Of a stretch of DNA of 64,000 bases, positions 38,500-50,614 are shown in pieces. Both the position numbers and the translations under genes were made by a program. The DNA is from Podarcis melisellensis. Taxonomy: Eukaryota. The notes under the pieces were generated by a model. The model saw only the letters and a program-made list of their open reading frames with translations, searched no databases and was not told the origin of the DNA. Position 1 is the first letter of the stretch. Each line of letters starts with the position of its first letter. The stretch lies in the NCBI GenBank assembly GCA_964234715.1, contig OZ174283.1; one strand, 5' to 3'.

Positions 38500-38580
38500 G
38501 TGGACTAGAATAAAGTAAACTGTAGTTTGCAAAAATGTTATAGCCTAATAAATTTGTTAGTCTTTAAGGTGCCGCATAAC
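38500..38580 (+). mobile_element. Decayed Penelope pLTR stub
   Basis: AATAAATTTGTTAGTCTTTAAGGTGCC matches the post-ribozyme segment of the 33627 element (TTAGTTGGTCTTTAAGGTGCT). Confidence 0.6.
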
Positions 38581-38979
38581 GCTACGTTCTTAACAGATAA
38601 AAGCAACCTTAGATCAGACGAATGTCTTTTAGGGTTTTGACTTTTTTTTACAAAACCAACACTTATTGTTATCCATTCATTTTTGGAGGAGTACGGGGGG
38701 GGGGGAAATATTTTCATGCCCACCTTCTTCAAAAGTTTGAGAGAAATTGCCGTATCAAAAATCTAAAAATAAGCCTTAAAGTATATAATGCATGGATTAA
38801 TAAGATAAAACTTTGTCCCAAATTAATGTTCAGAGAATAATTAGGTGCTTGGATACATTTGCACTGGCTGTTTGGTGCTGGCTTAATTCTGAATCTTACT
38901 AGTACTGCGTTATTGTGTCAAACCAGCAGAGATGCCATGTTGAAATGCTGCAGGATGATCTACTAGAAGCACAATAGAG

Positions 38980-39117
38980 CAGGTCTGGGGAACCTTTGGC
39001 TCTCCAGATGTTGCCGAACTGCAACTTCCATGCACTCTGGCAAGCACTGCCAACAACTGGGGATGATGGGAGTTGTAGTTCAGCGACATCTGAAGGGCCA
39101 AAGGTTCCTAATACCTG
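38980..39117. mobile_element. Palindromic URR1-like hAT MITE
   Basis: CAGGT..GGAACCTTTGGC...GCCAAAGGTTCC..ACCTG; GATGATGGGAGTTGTAG core. Confidence 0.75.
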
Positions 39118-39641
39118 CAACAAGTAGTGTCACTTGTTCAGACTGCATTATTGCTTCTGGTCTCTTGGTGCACTAAGCAGAGAAACTTTAAAATGCAGCA
39201 TTTTCCATACTCCCTTCTTCAATACATGGAAACATAAGGTTACTTTTCATCTAAGCCTGAAGAAAATAATTTCATCTCTACTTTAGTTAATGTTAATTGA
39301 ATTACAAAAAAAAGTCGTAATTTGCTGAAGTTAATGCTGTTTAAAAAAGCAGCTGTAATCAAAACCAGGAGTAGCTTCCTCTATCAGTTCAGTTTTTGTC
39401 CTTAATTACGGTCTTTGGCAAACAGTGCTGGTGCCATTTTTAAAAACTAGATTTGTATGTATTCATTTAACAATATTTGTGTACAATTTAATTTTTAAAA
39501 ACTCTTCTAAACAGTTTACATAAAACAGTGTATAAAATATTCATAAGAAAATACCAATAAAGCAAAGGTAGAAATAATAAAAAGAAAACTCAGTGGATTA
39601 AAAAAATCTAATATACATCACAAAATTACATGTCTAGGACT

Positions 39642-39777
39642 CAGTGTTTCCCAACCTTGTGCCTCCAGATGTTTTTGGCCTACAACTCCCATCATCCCTA
39701 GCTAGCAAGACCAGTGGTCAGGGATGATGGGAATTGTAGTTCAAAAACAGCTGGAGGCACAAGGTTGGGAAACACTA
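39642..39777. mobile_element. Palindromic URR1-like hAT MITE
   Basis: AGTGTTTCCCAACCTTGTGCCTCCAG...CTGGAGGCACAAGGTTGGGAAACACT; GTCTAGG flanks. Confidence 0.85.
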
Positions 39778-39911
39778 GTCTAGGTAAGCTTGTCTGAACA
39801 AATAGGGTTTTAACAGGTGTCAGGAACAGTATATCCCACTATTCCTCCAAGGAACTGAAGATGGTGTGCACATTTCCTGTCGCTTCCACCCCAATTTTTT
39901 AACCTTGCAAC

Positions 39912-40078
39912 AACAGTGGAACAGTCCCCCTTGGGAGGTTGTGGACTCTCTTTCCTTGGAGGGCTTTAAACAGAGGTTGGGTGACCATCTGCCATTGACG
40001 TTTTAACTGAGATTCCTGCATTGCAGGAGGTTAGACTTGATTACCTTTGGAGTCCCTTCCAATACTACCATTCTATGA
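39912..40078 (+). mobile_element. CR1 3' fragment inserted in a - strand Squam3-like SINE (~39830-40155)
   Basis: CAGTGGAAC...GTCCCTTCCAATACTACCATTCTATGA; SINE sequence resumes on both sides. Confidence 0.75.
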
Positions 40079-40938
40079 ACCCTGTGAAATATGTTAGGAT
40101 CAGAGAGGGTGACTGTCCCAAGGTGCTTCAGGGCCGAGTGGATATCAGAATCAAATACTCGAGCCCACTGATCTTCAGCTGGCAGGTTGCAGCCTGATCC
40201 AAGGTGGGTCACAGCAGGAGAACCACCAACAGGCAAATGTATGACAAAAGATTAAGAAATGGGTCCCCAAATTCATGTCTGGGTTAAAAGTGGGTCTTTG
40301 GTCTGAAAAGGTTGAAGGCACCTGCTGTAACATGGTTAACGTAGCTTTGGAGATGGCCTGATTCCTTTGGAAATGGCATGATTCCCTGAGTATAGTCTAT
40401 TGTTAGTGAGGATTTTTACTCTGGTTGGTTTTGTGGCAAGTGTATCAAGGTTTTCTGTTGCCAGAGCCAAACATCTTTCAGCGTTCTCCTATGTCAGCCT
40501 TGCGTCTCTGGAGTCTAGACAGAGATCATGTCATTGTGATCAGGCAGGGGTTAAGTATAGAAGGGCTGTCACATCTCAATCCATCCAGTGCATTGTCCTG
40601 AACTTTTAGTCAAAGTTGGCTGTTCTGGGGTTGTTGTTTTTTGCAAAATAAATGTTAATAGCTGTTGCCTCCCACAGACTCCAGGTGAACTTAGATGGGG
40701 CAGCAGTTAAAAGAGCCACCACTTAACTTGAGAAAGTTTACCCTTGGACTCATTGCAAGACAGTTATTGAACTCCCTTTAATGCCATTTTTCAGATAATT
40801 GAGCTTGAAGGATAAGGCAGAGAAATTGACATAGCCTATCCAGCACCTGCTTGTATAATTTTATCCCCCAAACCTCAGTTTTGCTTCTGCTTCCCTGCTT
40901 CTCCTCTCTCTCTTCTGCTGGGTTTCTTTGCCTTAGAT

Positions 40939-41373
40939 TGGGGTCAGCAAGGTTTATCTTGCCTGGGCCAGATTGGTCCCATGGAAATCCCTCCGTGGGC
41001 CAGATCGTGCGCACACCTGTAATTTTCAGTATCTGCACATGCGCAGATGCAATTTTCAGCACCACGGAAGCGAGGCCCGTTTAGCCATAGCTGTCAATTT
41101 TAAGATTTAAAAATAAGGGATCAGCAGTCTCGAAAATAAGGGATCAGCAGCCTCACCTGTCCCAGGGACAGTCTATGGGATATCTAACAATCCAGGATAG
41201 CAGCGGGAAACGGCACTGGAATAAGGGAATTTCCCACAAAAAAAGGGAAGGTTGCCAGCTATGCATTTAGCGCAGTGCGCGAGCGAGCAGCTCGGTTTGG
41301 GGCGGCTTGTGGGTCAGTCAAACAACCTCCACAGGCCACTTCCAGCCCATGGGCCTTAGGTTGCTGACCCCTG
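40939..41373. mobile_element. hAT (Charlie-like) MITE, outer element of a nest
   Basis: GGGGTCAGCAA...TTGCTGACCCCTG; CCTTA flanks. Confidence 0.7.
41086..41263. mobile_element. hAT (Blackjack-like) MITE nested in the above
   Basis: TIR CATAGCTGTCAA / TTGCCAGCTATG; TSD CGTTTAGC/CATTTAGC. Confidence 0.85.
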
Positions 41374-41943
41374 CCTTAATGACCACCACCTGCTTACCTG
41401 CCTTTGGCATCTGCTTCTGGCCCCTCAGTCTTTCACTGCTGCTTTAGAAACTGATCTTCTGCCTGACTTGAGTCTGCTCTTGCTTCTGGCCATTTGATCT
41501 TCTGCTGTCTGGTCTGACCCCTGACCTCCAGCCTTTCCAGTGACCATGCCTGTTGCTCTTCTGGTCCTGTCCTCCACACCTGAACTGCATCTCAGCTTCA
41601 CCCAGTCTCAGAGCTAGGCCAGAGCCAGACATATAGGGGCAAGGGAGTTAAACCATAGGCATCACTGAAGAGGTTACCTTTAAGGAAAAGACAGTGTTGT
41701 TCTAAGTCTAGGGGGCAGCAAGGTAGTTTGGGCAGGATCATTTAAGGGAGCAGGAGTGTTTATAGCAGCTGGTGTTGGTAGAATTGGAAGTAGCAAAAAG
41801 AAAAGTTGTTTCTGCAAAGCACAGTGTTGAACTTGGATAATTCAGTTTGAAGCCCTTGTAGGATGTATTTGCTTCTGTCTATTAAAATATCTCTCTGTTG
41901 ACAGCTGTTGCTGGATTCTGTTTCTGCTTATTAGAATCAGCCA

Positions 41944-41944
<1 letters not shown>

Positions 41945-41975
<31 letters not shown>
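41945..41975. repeat. (CA)n microsatellite
   Basis: Seen directly. Confidence 0.95.
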
Positions 41976-41978
<3 letters not shown>

Positions 41979-42908
41979 GCATTTGAGTTTCATTTGATAT
42001 AGTGGTTATGCTGGCAATTACTGGCATAAATCTGATCATACACAGGTATTGCAAGGTCGCTATAGGAGCCAAGTTGTTGTTTAATACATCAGGACAGAAA
42101 AGGCTAAGTTTAAATTAGAACAATTCTAGGTACGGTGTATTTTTCATGGTACAGTATATATACTATCTGTCTGCCAGTGACTATGCTGCAAATGCAATAT
42201 GGTTTTGTTTTGTTTTTAATTCAAGGCTATCATAAATCATGTGTAATAAAGAGACCCGATGCTTAAAGGATTATCTTCTCTCAGTACTACATCTGGCTGC
42301 TTTAGTAACAAACATATGCTGAACTATTCAGAGGAATGGCATGATGATAATTTTAAGGCCATCTCAATATTTGAAACCTTTTCTCCATTGTTTTCTATAT
42401 TACTTGTATAAACTAATATAATACTCTGAATGTATTTCCTATCTAGAGGCATCTGGCAAGGAGTCTCCAGGTGCTCCATTTTTATCCCCAGTGAACAGCT
42501 GGGTGAAATTCTATTATTTATTTTTATTCTGCTCTTCAGCAAAAACAAAAAACAAACAAACTCCCAGAACAGCAAATTCCATATCCTTCCCCCCACTCCC
42601 CAACTGTCAATGTATATTGACAGGCCCCACTATACATAATAAGCATACTGCAATATAACCAGAAGAAATGTTGCATTATTTGAGATATTTCTTTTTGCCA
42701 CAGCCAAGCAGGAAGTTCTAGTGTGCGATTCCCATTGAAAGGAATGGAACTGTGCTAGCATTTGCCATTAAGTTTTAACATTTCACTTCTCCCTTAGGGG
42801 GAGTGAAAAGGCTACAATCTCCTCTCCAGTAGCCTGCTTGTTTGCCCAGTTTTGCTCAACCTTGGTTTGGCTTAGCTGTAGGTCTCAACAAGGTCAGTGT
42901 AAGCATCC

Positions 42909-43154
42909 AAGGCTTTAAAAGAGGATTAGAGAAATTCAAGGAGAAGAAGGCTATGAACACCTACTAGGCACAAGGTCTGTGTTTTACCTCCACTGTAAGA
43001 GGCAGCATGCACCTGAATATCAGTGGCTGGAAGTTACAGGTGGGCAGAGTGCTCTTGCTTGTGGGGGCTTCCCAAAGGTATCTGGTTGGCCACTGTGAGA
43101 ACAGGATTCTACATAAGCCCTTAGCATGAATAAACAGGTTCTTCTTACATTCTT
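42909..43154 (+). mobile_element. CR1 3' fragment
   Basis: GFKRGLEKF.E motif followed by 3' UTR GGTTGGCCACTGTGAGAACAGG...TTCTTAC. Confidence 0.75.
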
Positions 43155-43778
43155 TTGCTACTGTGCCATTCTGAGCAAAGCCATGGCTTGGCTTAGCGTA
43201 TCTTCAAAACCTAAGCTTGTGGTTTAGCTCTACAGACTAATCATTGTCTGCAACCAAGGAAACCCAGCCATATGGGCGGGGTATAAATAATAAATTATTA
43301 TTATATATGTTTGTCCTATGGTGTATGGCTCATGACTATGAGCCTGGGTATGGATTACACACTGGGCTAAGATATCTCTTAGCAATATACTTTCTCAGAG
43401 CCCATATTCTCACAAATTCATCCTAAACCTTGGCTGGCTTGGTGTGACGTGTAAACCAGGACAGATTTGCCATGGCAGCCAGTCTGATAATTGGTGAATA
43501 CTGCACATGGCCGGTGCTCCTTCACATTTTTAACAACCTATCAGTGGAGAGGGGGTTTCTATTTGTTGCATGCCAGCTGCATTGACCTAGAAGAGAAAAT
43601 GAAGATGGTACCTACAATTCAAATTCTACAATAGCTGTCTGGAAACAATCTATAAAAGTTTCCAGTGTTCTGTCACACCTTTGTATGACCAAGAAACAGA
43701 AGCCAGACTGGAGCTATGCAGGTAGCATCAGGCTTTATTCTTCGAGTGGCTTATTAGTGGAAAGTATAAGCTTCGACA

Positions 43779-44137
43779 GGGACGCGGGTGATGCTGTGGG
43801 ATAAACTACAGAGCCTAGGACTTGCTGATCAGAAGGTTGGCGATTCGAATCCCTGTGACTGGGTGAGCTCCCGTTGCTCAGTCCCTGCTCCTGCCAACCT
43901 AGCAGTTTGAAAGCACGTCAAAGTGCAAGTAGATAAATAGGTACCGCTCTAGCGGGAAGGTAAACAGTGTTTCCGTGTGCTGCTCTGGTTTGCCAGAAGC
44001 GGCTTAGTCATGCTGGCCACATGACCCGCAAGCTGCACGCTGGCTCCCTCGGCCAATAAAGCGAGATTAGCGCCACAACCCCAGAGTCAGTTACGACTGG
44101 ACCTAATGGTCAGAGGTCCCTTTACCTTTTACCTTTT
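43779..44137 (+). mobile_element. Sauria SINE, full length
   Basis: GGGACGCGGGTG head, B-box GATTCGAATCCC, CCCCAGAGTC..ACGACT Bov-B-like segment, (ACCTTT)n tail. Confidence 0.95.
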
Positions 44138-44395
44138 AAGAGGGGACAGCAGGGACATTCATACTGGTGGTTGACCCCCCCCCCCCCCGCCCAGGTTTTC
44201 TATGTAAGTAAATTGTTGCCATTCACTCCGATAGGGGGGAAGTAAAATGATGCACTGTTGCAATGAGGGCAAAACATTCACCCCAATACTCAGTGCCCGG
44301 ATGCTCCCAATATGGTAGGTTTAGTCGAGCAGGGGTTCCATGTGCAGACCATTCAGAAATACCCTGCAGCTTCCCTACGCTGGCAACTTGCAGTA

Positions 44396-44647
44396 CAGTG
44401 GTACCTCGCAAGACGAATGCCTCGTAAGAAGAAAAACTCGCAAGACGAAAGAGTTTTTCGTTTTTTGAGTTGCTTCAGAAGACAAATTTCCCTATGGGCT
44501 TGCTTCACAAGACGAAAACGTTTCCTTTTTCTTAAAACCGTTAATACCCAATGCATTCCTATGGGAATCCGTGCTTCGCAAGACAAAAAATTCGCAAGAC
44601 GAAAAAACTCGCAGAACGAATTAATTTCGTCTTGCGAGGTACCACTG
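44396..44647. mobile_element. Tigger/pogo-like MITE
   Basis: Perfect 22-bp TIR CAGTGGTACCTCGCAAGACGAA; TA TSD. Confidence 0.92.
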
Positions 44648-45213
44648 TACATGCATCCTTTCTGCACACATACCACACCTCTTCAAATGACGGGCATTTT
44701 GCATTAATGCATTGGGCCATTAGGTTTCTTGTTTGCGATTGCATTGGTGTGACAGTTTAATGTCCTTTCTCTAAGAACTTGTGTGCTGGCACAGCAAGTC
44801 TTAAAATGGGCTACAGGCTATGGGATTTTACAGGCTGTTGAGTTTGACACAAACCTACAGCCAAAACAAATATTTTCAACCTCTGCCTGGGCTCCTATTG
44901 CAATATACAGATCAATGTGGGATTTGAAGTCATCGTTAGCTATTGAAGGGTAGTGAGAGTGTGTAAACACTTACAAATCCTTCTCCCCACCATTGAAGAA
45001 GGAAAGCCATTTGGCAGGGATGCAAAGCTTTCACCCATTAGAGTTTTAACAGCTGCTGAAGGTTTGTTTCACCATGAAGAAAATAATTGGTTGCAAATTT
45101 ATATAATTAGCAGAGCATTTTTTAAAAAATGGTGTGCCTAATTAAACTTTTAATAACACTTGCATCACATAGCTACTGTTGAAGCAAGTGAGCTAGAAAA
45201 TGGTTGTTGGGTT

Positions 45214-45630
45214 TTTTTAAAAAAAGTTAATTTTTTAATTAAAGTTTTACATAATACGATAAAATAATAGCTACACAAACTAAAAAAAACAGAGCAAACA
45301 TAATAAAAGAAAGAAGAAGAAAAAGGAAAAGAGAGAGAGAAGAAGAAAATGAAAGAAAGAGGAAAAAACAAAGGGGAAATGAACATTAGAGATGGAGAAA
45401 ATGAGCTTCTAATTTTCCATTTGCCGGTTACATTAAGAGAAAGATTATTTAAGACATACAGTCCATGTTAATATCCGTATTCTTCGCTTTCTGTTAAACC
45501 ATATTTGTCTTCAGCCTGTGTGTCTCAGAATCATTCATTTATTCTTACAACGAAAAGTCCAAGAGGGATTCCCAAATTGTTGTTAGTTGATCTGTGCCTA
45601 TTTGCTTAATCACCGACATCATTTTGCTCT
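45214..45630 (-). mobile_element. Probable L1 3' end
   Basis: Reverse strand ...IWESLLDFSL* then T-rich 3' UTR and A-rich end. Confidence 0.45.
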
Positions 45631-46611
45631 TTTAAAAATGTGGACCTAAGTTTAAGATGTTACCTTTATTGCAATAACACATACAGTATGTGGAACTGTT
45701 CTGTTAATGACAAATAAATTGACCTAAGTAAAACCTGTGCCTTTTCTGAAGGAAAACGCTTCTAGAACTGATTGTTTTTAACAAGTTGCCTGTTGCAGAT
45801 GAGTTTGGGGGATGACCAATGCCTTTAAATGTGACAGTGGAGTAAATTCTGAAAAGAGGCGACACCAATTACCGAAGACTGTAAGTTTAACTTCCTAATT
45901 TTTCAGAATTTAATGGGAATTTCAGTTTAATGCCGCTGAAGGGTGCCTGAACTGACATTCGGTAAAATGAATCACCCCTCAGGGCAATAATTATTGAGTT
46001 TGGGGGGGAAAGGCAGTATTAACACTGATCTTAACTGGGCAAATGTAAGCACGCTGTTTGTTTCTTCAACATCTGTTGAATGACCTTCAGGAAACGATGA
46101 GGTGGGCTTGGATTTTGGCTGGAAGGTTGTGCAAATCATGCTAATAATTACCCCTTGAAAGAAGTTTGTGTTTCACTGTTGCATCAATAAACATATACTT
46201 CATAATAAAACAGACCTTGGTGATTATAGACTGAGTTTCATCCAGAGGTTAACAGTCATTTAAGCTTCACGGTGTTGCTGTAAACTTTTACACCATATTG
46301 CATAGAGAGGTGCCTTGTTAGTGGAACTGATGCGGGATTGGGATTAGGGAAACATGTGGCCTTCCTTGTGTTCCCTTGTGGATGTTGCATACTTAGAAAA
46401 TGGTGTGACAGGATGAGTCTTTGTGGTGTCTGCTTTGTGAGTCTCTGTTGATATTCTTAGGGTGTCTAACTGTCAGGATCTGCCAGGGCTGGAACTAGGA
46501 GGCCCCTGACTTCTGCATTTCCTTGAAGAATGCCATTTGAAGCTACAGGATTGTGAGCAATGTATCGCTGCACTCCAGCATGGCTCCATCCCCATGCAAA
46601 GGGATTGCTAT

Positions 46612-47362
46612 ATAATAATATAATAATAATTTATTATTTATACCCCGCCCATCTGGCTGAACTTCCCCAGCCACTCTGGGCGGTTCCCATACAGCATTAA
46701 ATATTAAAAACTTCCCTAAACAGGGCTGCCTTCAGATGTCTTTTAAAAATAAGATAGCTGCTTATTTCCTTGACATCTGATAGGCGGGCGCCACTACCGA
46801 GAAGGCCCTCTGTCTGGTTCCCTGTAACCTCACTTCTCGCAATGAGGGAACCACCAGAAGGCCCTCGGTGCTGGATCTCAGTGTCCGGGCTGAACGATGG
46901 TGGTGGAGATGCTCCTTCAGGTATACAGGACCAAGGCCGTTTAGGGCTTTAAAGGTCAGCACCAACAGTTTGAATTGTGCTCGGATCTCTCAGGACCGGT
47001 GTTATGTGGTCCCGGTTGCCACTCCCAGTCACCAGTCTAGCTGCCACATTCTGGATCAATTGCTGTTTCTGGATCACCTTCAAAGGTAGCCTCACGTAGA
47101 GCACATTGCAGTACAGTGGTACCTCAGGTACTTAATTCGTTCCAGAGGTCCATTCTTAACCTGAAACTGTTCTTAACCTGAAGCACCACTTTAGCTAATG
47201 GGGCCTCCTGCTGCTGCCGTGCCGCCAGAGCCCGATTTCTGTTCTTATCCTGAAGCAAAGTTCTTAACCTGAAGCACTATTTCTGGGTTAGCAGAGTGTG
47301 TAACCTGAAGTGTATGTGACTTGAAGCGTATGTAACCCGAGGTACCACTGTAGTACAAGCGG
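46612..47362 (-). mobile_element. L2 LINE 3' fragment interrupted by a Tigger MITE
   Basis: ORF VLTFKALNGLGPVYLKEHL...QGTRQRAFSVVAP; (ATA)n tail; same family as 29028 and 58394. Confidence 0.88.
47114..47350. mobile_element. Tigger/pogo-like MITE
   Basis: TIR CAGTGGTACCTC...GAGGTACCACTG, TA TSD, internal TAACCTGAAG repeats. Confidence 0.9.
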
Positions 47363-47641
47363 GATTGCTGCATTCCTGTTTCAGTGTCCTTCAGATAATT
47401 TCATTTCAAACCTTGGTCTTCACTTGGCTTGGAAGATTTGAATGGTGATTGGCCCATTTCATCATAAATATAGTGTGATGGCATGGAAGCACACCACAGG
47501 GAAACAGCATGGATGGGGAAACCTTTGGCTCTGCACATGGTGCTGGACCGCAACTCCCAATTCCTGATCATTGACATACTGAAACTGAGGAATGGGGGGG
47601 GGGGAGGATTTTCTACCATTCTGTAGCAGTAACACTGTTGT

Positions 47642-47886
47642 TTGAAGAGTTTGGATTTGATATCCCACCTTTCACTCCCTTTAAGGAGTCTCAAAGTGGC
47701 TAACATTCTCCTTTCCCTTCCTCCCCCCCAACAAACACTCTGTGAGGTGAGTGGGGCTGAGAGACTTCAGAGAAGTGTGACTAGCCCAAGGTCACCCAGC
47801 AGCTGCATGTGGAGGAGCGGAGACGCAAACCCAGTTCCCCAGATTACGAGACTACTGCTCTTAATCACTACACCACACTGGCTCTC
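47642..47886 (-). mobile_element. Squam3 SINE
   Basis: Reverse complement starts GAGAGCCAGTGTGGTGTAGTGATTAAGAGC (A-box), B-box-like GGTTTGCGTCTCC, GGGTGACCTTGGGCTAGTCAC; flanking duplication ACACTGTTGTT. Confidence 0.88.
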
Positions 47887-48592
47887 CACCACACTGTTGT
47901 TGTTGCTGTTCCATCAATGTGCAGAGTTGCTCAAGCAAAAATAACAGCTTTCTGCCCCAAGGAACTTACTAACTTCATAGGCCGATGGTACATGATGCAA
48001 GAACTTTAATTAAACTAAGCAGGGCTGGATGTTGTCAATACTTGATTGGGACACTGTCTGGAAACTTGGTGGTATAGAGAATTATTGTATATGAAATTAA
48101 TATTCCAAATACATTTTAAACAATATTGTAATCAAAATACGCATTCAGACATGGTAGTATTTTATAATTCCATATTTAATGGAAATTTGAGTACAATAAG
48201 TGCTAGCCTGCATAAGAATTAAATGAGGCCATGGAATGGTGGCATTTTAGTGGGACTTATTTAGCAAAGTTGTAGGCCACCTTTCGTTCGCTGAACGTAT
48301 GTGTATAGATCAAATTCAAAATCCCTTTTTGCAGATTGGATTCTGAGGACTCCATAGAATGCAGAGCAACAATTCATAAGTAAACCCCTGGCTGCAAATG
48401 TCTCTTCATTGTCCTTTAAAGCTCTGGGAAGTGGGGAGGAAGGCAGAGAGAAATGTTTACACTACATGATTTAGGGTGGGTCAATTAAATGTGCAGTACT
48501 GATGAATAACTCAATCAGAGTTATATTAGCCCTACAATTACCAGTGGGTATAGAAAACACTTATTTTCCCTCGTCGTTATGTATATGTATAT

Positions 48593-48729
48593 CTGGGCCT
48601 TTTTTTCAGCCAGAGCTCACTGGAGCTCAGCTTCAGCACCTCTCAGGCGGGCGCCATTGCCATTCAAAGAGAACAAGGGAAAAGTTAATGGTGAGCTCTG
48701 CCATCTCTTTTTCTAGAAAAATAACAGTG
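48593..48729. mobile_element. hAT MITE, relative of 4573-4697
   Basis: Shared GCCATTGCCATT and TTTTTCTAGAAAAATA motifs in opposite orientation. Confidence 0.65.
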
Positions 48730-48740
48730 GTGTGTGGGTG

Positions 48741-48774
<34 letters not shown>

Positions 48775-48780
48775 CTATGC

Positions 48781-48916
48781 CAGGCTTCCTCAGCCTCGGC
48801 CCTCCAGATGTTTTTGGCCTACAACTCCCATGATCCCTAGCTAGCAAGATCAGTGGTCAGGGATGATGAAAATTGTAGTCTCAAAACATCTGGAGGGCTG
48901 AGGTTGAGGAAGCCTG
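48781..48916. mobile_element. Palindromic URR1-like hAT MITE (136 bp)
   Basis: TIR CAGGCTTCCTCA...TGAGGAAGCCTG; TSD GTCTATGC/GTCTATGA. Confidence 0.9.
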
Positions 48917-49071
48917 GTCTATGAGTTAGTAAAAAGATGTTGTGAATGTATTTAGTACTTTGTTTTAAAAACCACACTAGGAATTTTGTGCAAATATTTT
49001 TGAATGTTTTACTTTAATTGAGAAGGGATTCATTTTTTCCCCATCTTAGAAATGTTTTGTATAGTATTTGG

Positions 49072-49323
49072 GGCTGTGTCCACTACTGATGGGAGGCTTT
49101 CTTATCCAGCAATGGTTCCCATTAGCAGAAACGGGGAAGTCAAAATTGCCCGCCTAGCCCAGATTTACTCCAGAAGGTTGGGGACACTTTGAAACTGCAT
49201 GATAGGTGGCATAAGGGATTTCAGGCAAAAAAAGGGGATTTGCAAAAAAAAAAAACCCCACCTTCCCTCTCCTCCAGCGAATTGAAGAGTCCTCCATCAG
49301 TGGCGACAGAACTGGATACAACC
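49072..49323. mobile_element. Old Harbinger-like MITE
   Basis: GGCTGTGTCCA / TGGATACAACC termini; subterminal ACTGATGGGAGG / CCTCCATCAGT. Confidence 0.5.
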
Positions 49324-49956
49324 TTACGTGTTTCCCCTTTATTTAAATAGTCTAAAATCACTTTCAGCTAGCTCTAGGTGCAATCAAGAAAGAGAGAGGA
49401 CTGAGAATCAGAGAAGCAAGAGGAAAATCAGGGAAGTATGTTATGCCACTGAAGCGTAGCTGAAACCTCCAATCTCTGCATAAAAGTAGCCCCATTCCAA
49501 AGTAATGCAGCAGGAGCAGCCTTTGTGCTCTGCATGAAATGGTGGCCTCGGACTGTGTTTACTGACCCCTCCCTCTTTCCTTTGTTAATTGGCACCTCAG
49601 ATTCTGTACTAATTAGTGAGGTTGCAGGGGGCAGGTGGTGCCATTCTGTTTTGATAATCCTTGTCAGCAGCATCTGTATAATCTCTTTGTTTAATGAAAA
49701 GTAATGTGTAATAAGGGCTCATGTTGTTTTTGTACTATTTAGGAGTTTTGCTGGTTAAGCACCCGTTCTGCAATCACTGAGTGCGCTAAACATTCTGTTG
49801 CTGTCTGGAAATAACCACTCATTAAAGCTTATCCAAATATACGGCATTTATTTTTAGGAAGGTCTCTGCATTCAATGCTGAGAACTCTTCAAATGAATCC
49901 CTGCAATTAAGCCACCCAAGATTACAAGAAGAATACAACAATATGAATCTAGAAGG

Positions 49957-50115
49957 CATAGGTGCCAACTCTCTGGGAACCTGGGTGCCCGAGCACCCAC
50001 AATATTCCCCATGAAGGGGAAGGGCACCCACAAATTTTGGTGCTAGGGCCATGCATGCTGCATGGCACCTGTGACCCTGGGCATCCATAGTTGCAGGGTC
50101 AAGTTGGTACTCTTG
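49957..50115. mobile_element. hAT MITE
   Basis: TIR CATAGGTGCCAACT / AGTTGGTACTCTTG; perfect TSD CTAGAAGG. Confidence 0.85.
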
Positions 50116-50614
50116 CTAGAAGGGATAGGAGCATAGGGAGCTGCCTCCTATCAAGCCTGACCATTAGTCCATCTTGTTTTTTCACAGTATTGAATGTCTA
50201 TTATTGAATGGTGTAAAAAAATTAAAAATCTTCATTTTGCATAACCAGTGTTCAAAGTGCAATGTAGCCATACTCTGTGGAAAATTATTAGCTTAAACAA
50301 TTCAGTTGTGTTAAGGAGTGTTTCTAAATTGGGAATGTTAGCTGTAGTTGCAAGCAGCCTCCTAGTAATGAGAAAGGGAGCTCCATGGCGATCTGACCAC
50401 TTCAGACTAAACAGGCACTGGCCTTTTGGGGACAGAGGAGCCTTTGGCCTAGAATTCTAAATATTGCTGTTGTTTGTTTGTTTGTTTGTTTGTTTGTTTA
50501 TTCCTCACCTTTTCCCATGACAGGGACTCAAGGTAGCTTACAGATAAAATAAGAACAGCTAAAAACATAGAAGTATAATAATTTTAAAAAAACAATTAAA
50601 CATTCATAGAATTG

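Noticed and set aside
43779-43860. tRNA-like A/B boxes (also at 8097, 14717, 22030, 47642)
   Set aside because: SINE heads continuing into SINE bodies, not tRNA genes
44396-44647. Repeated motif resembling a CRISPR array
   Set aside because: Short degenerate repeats with irregular spacing, bounded by TIRs and a TA TSD, in vertebrate DNA
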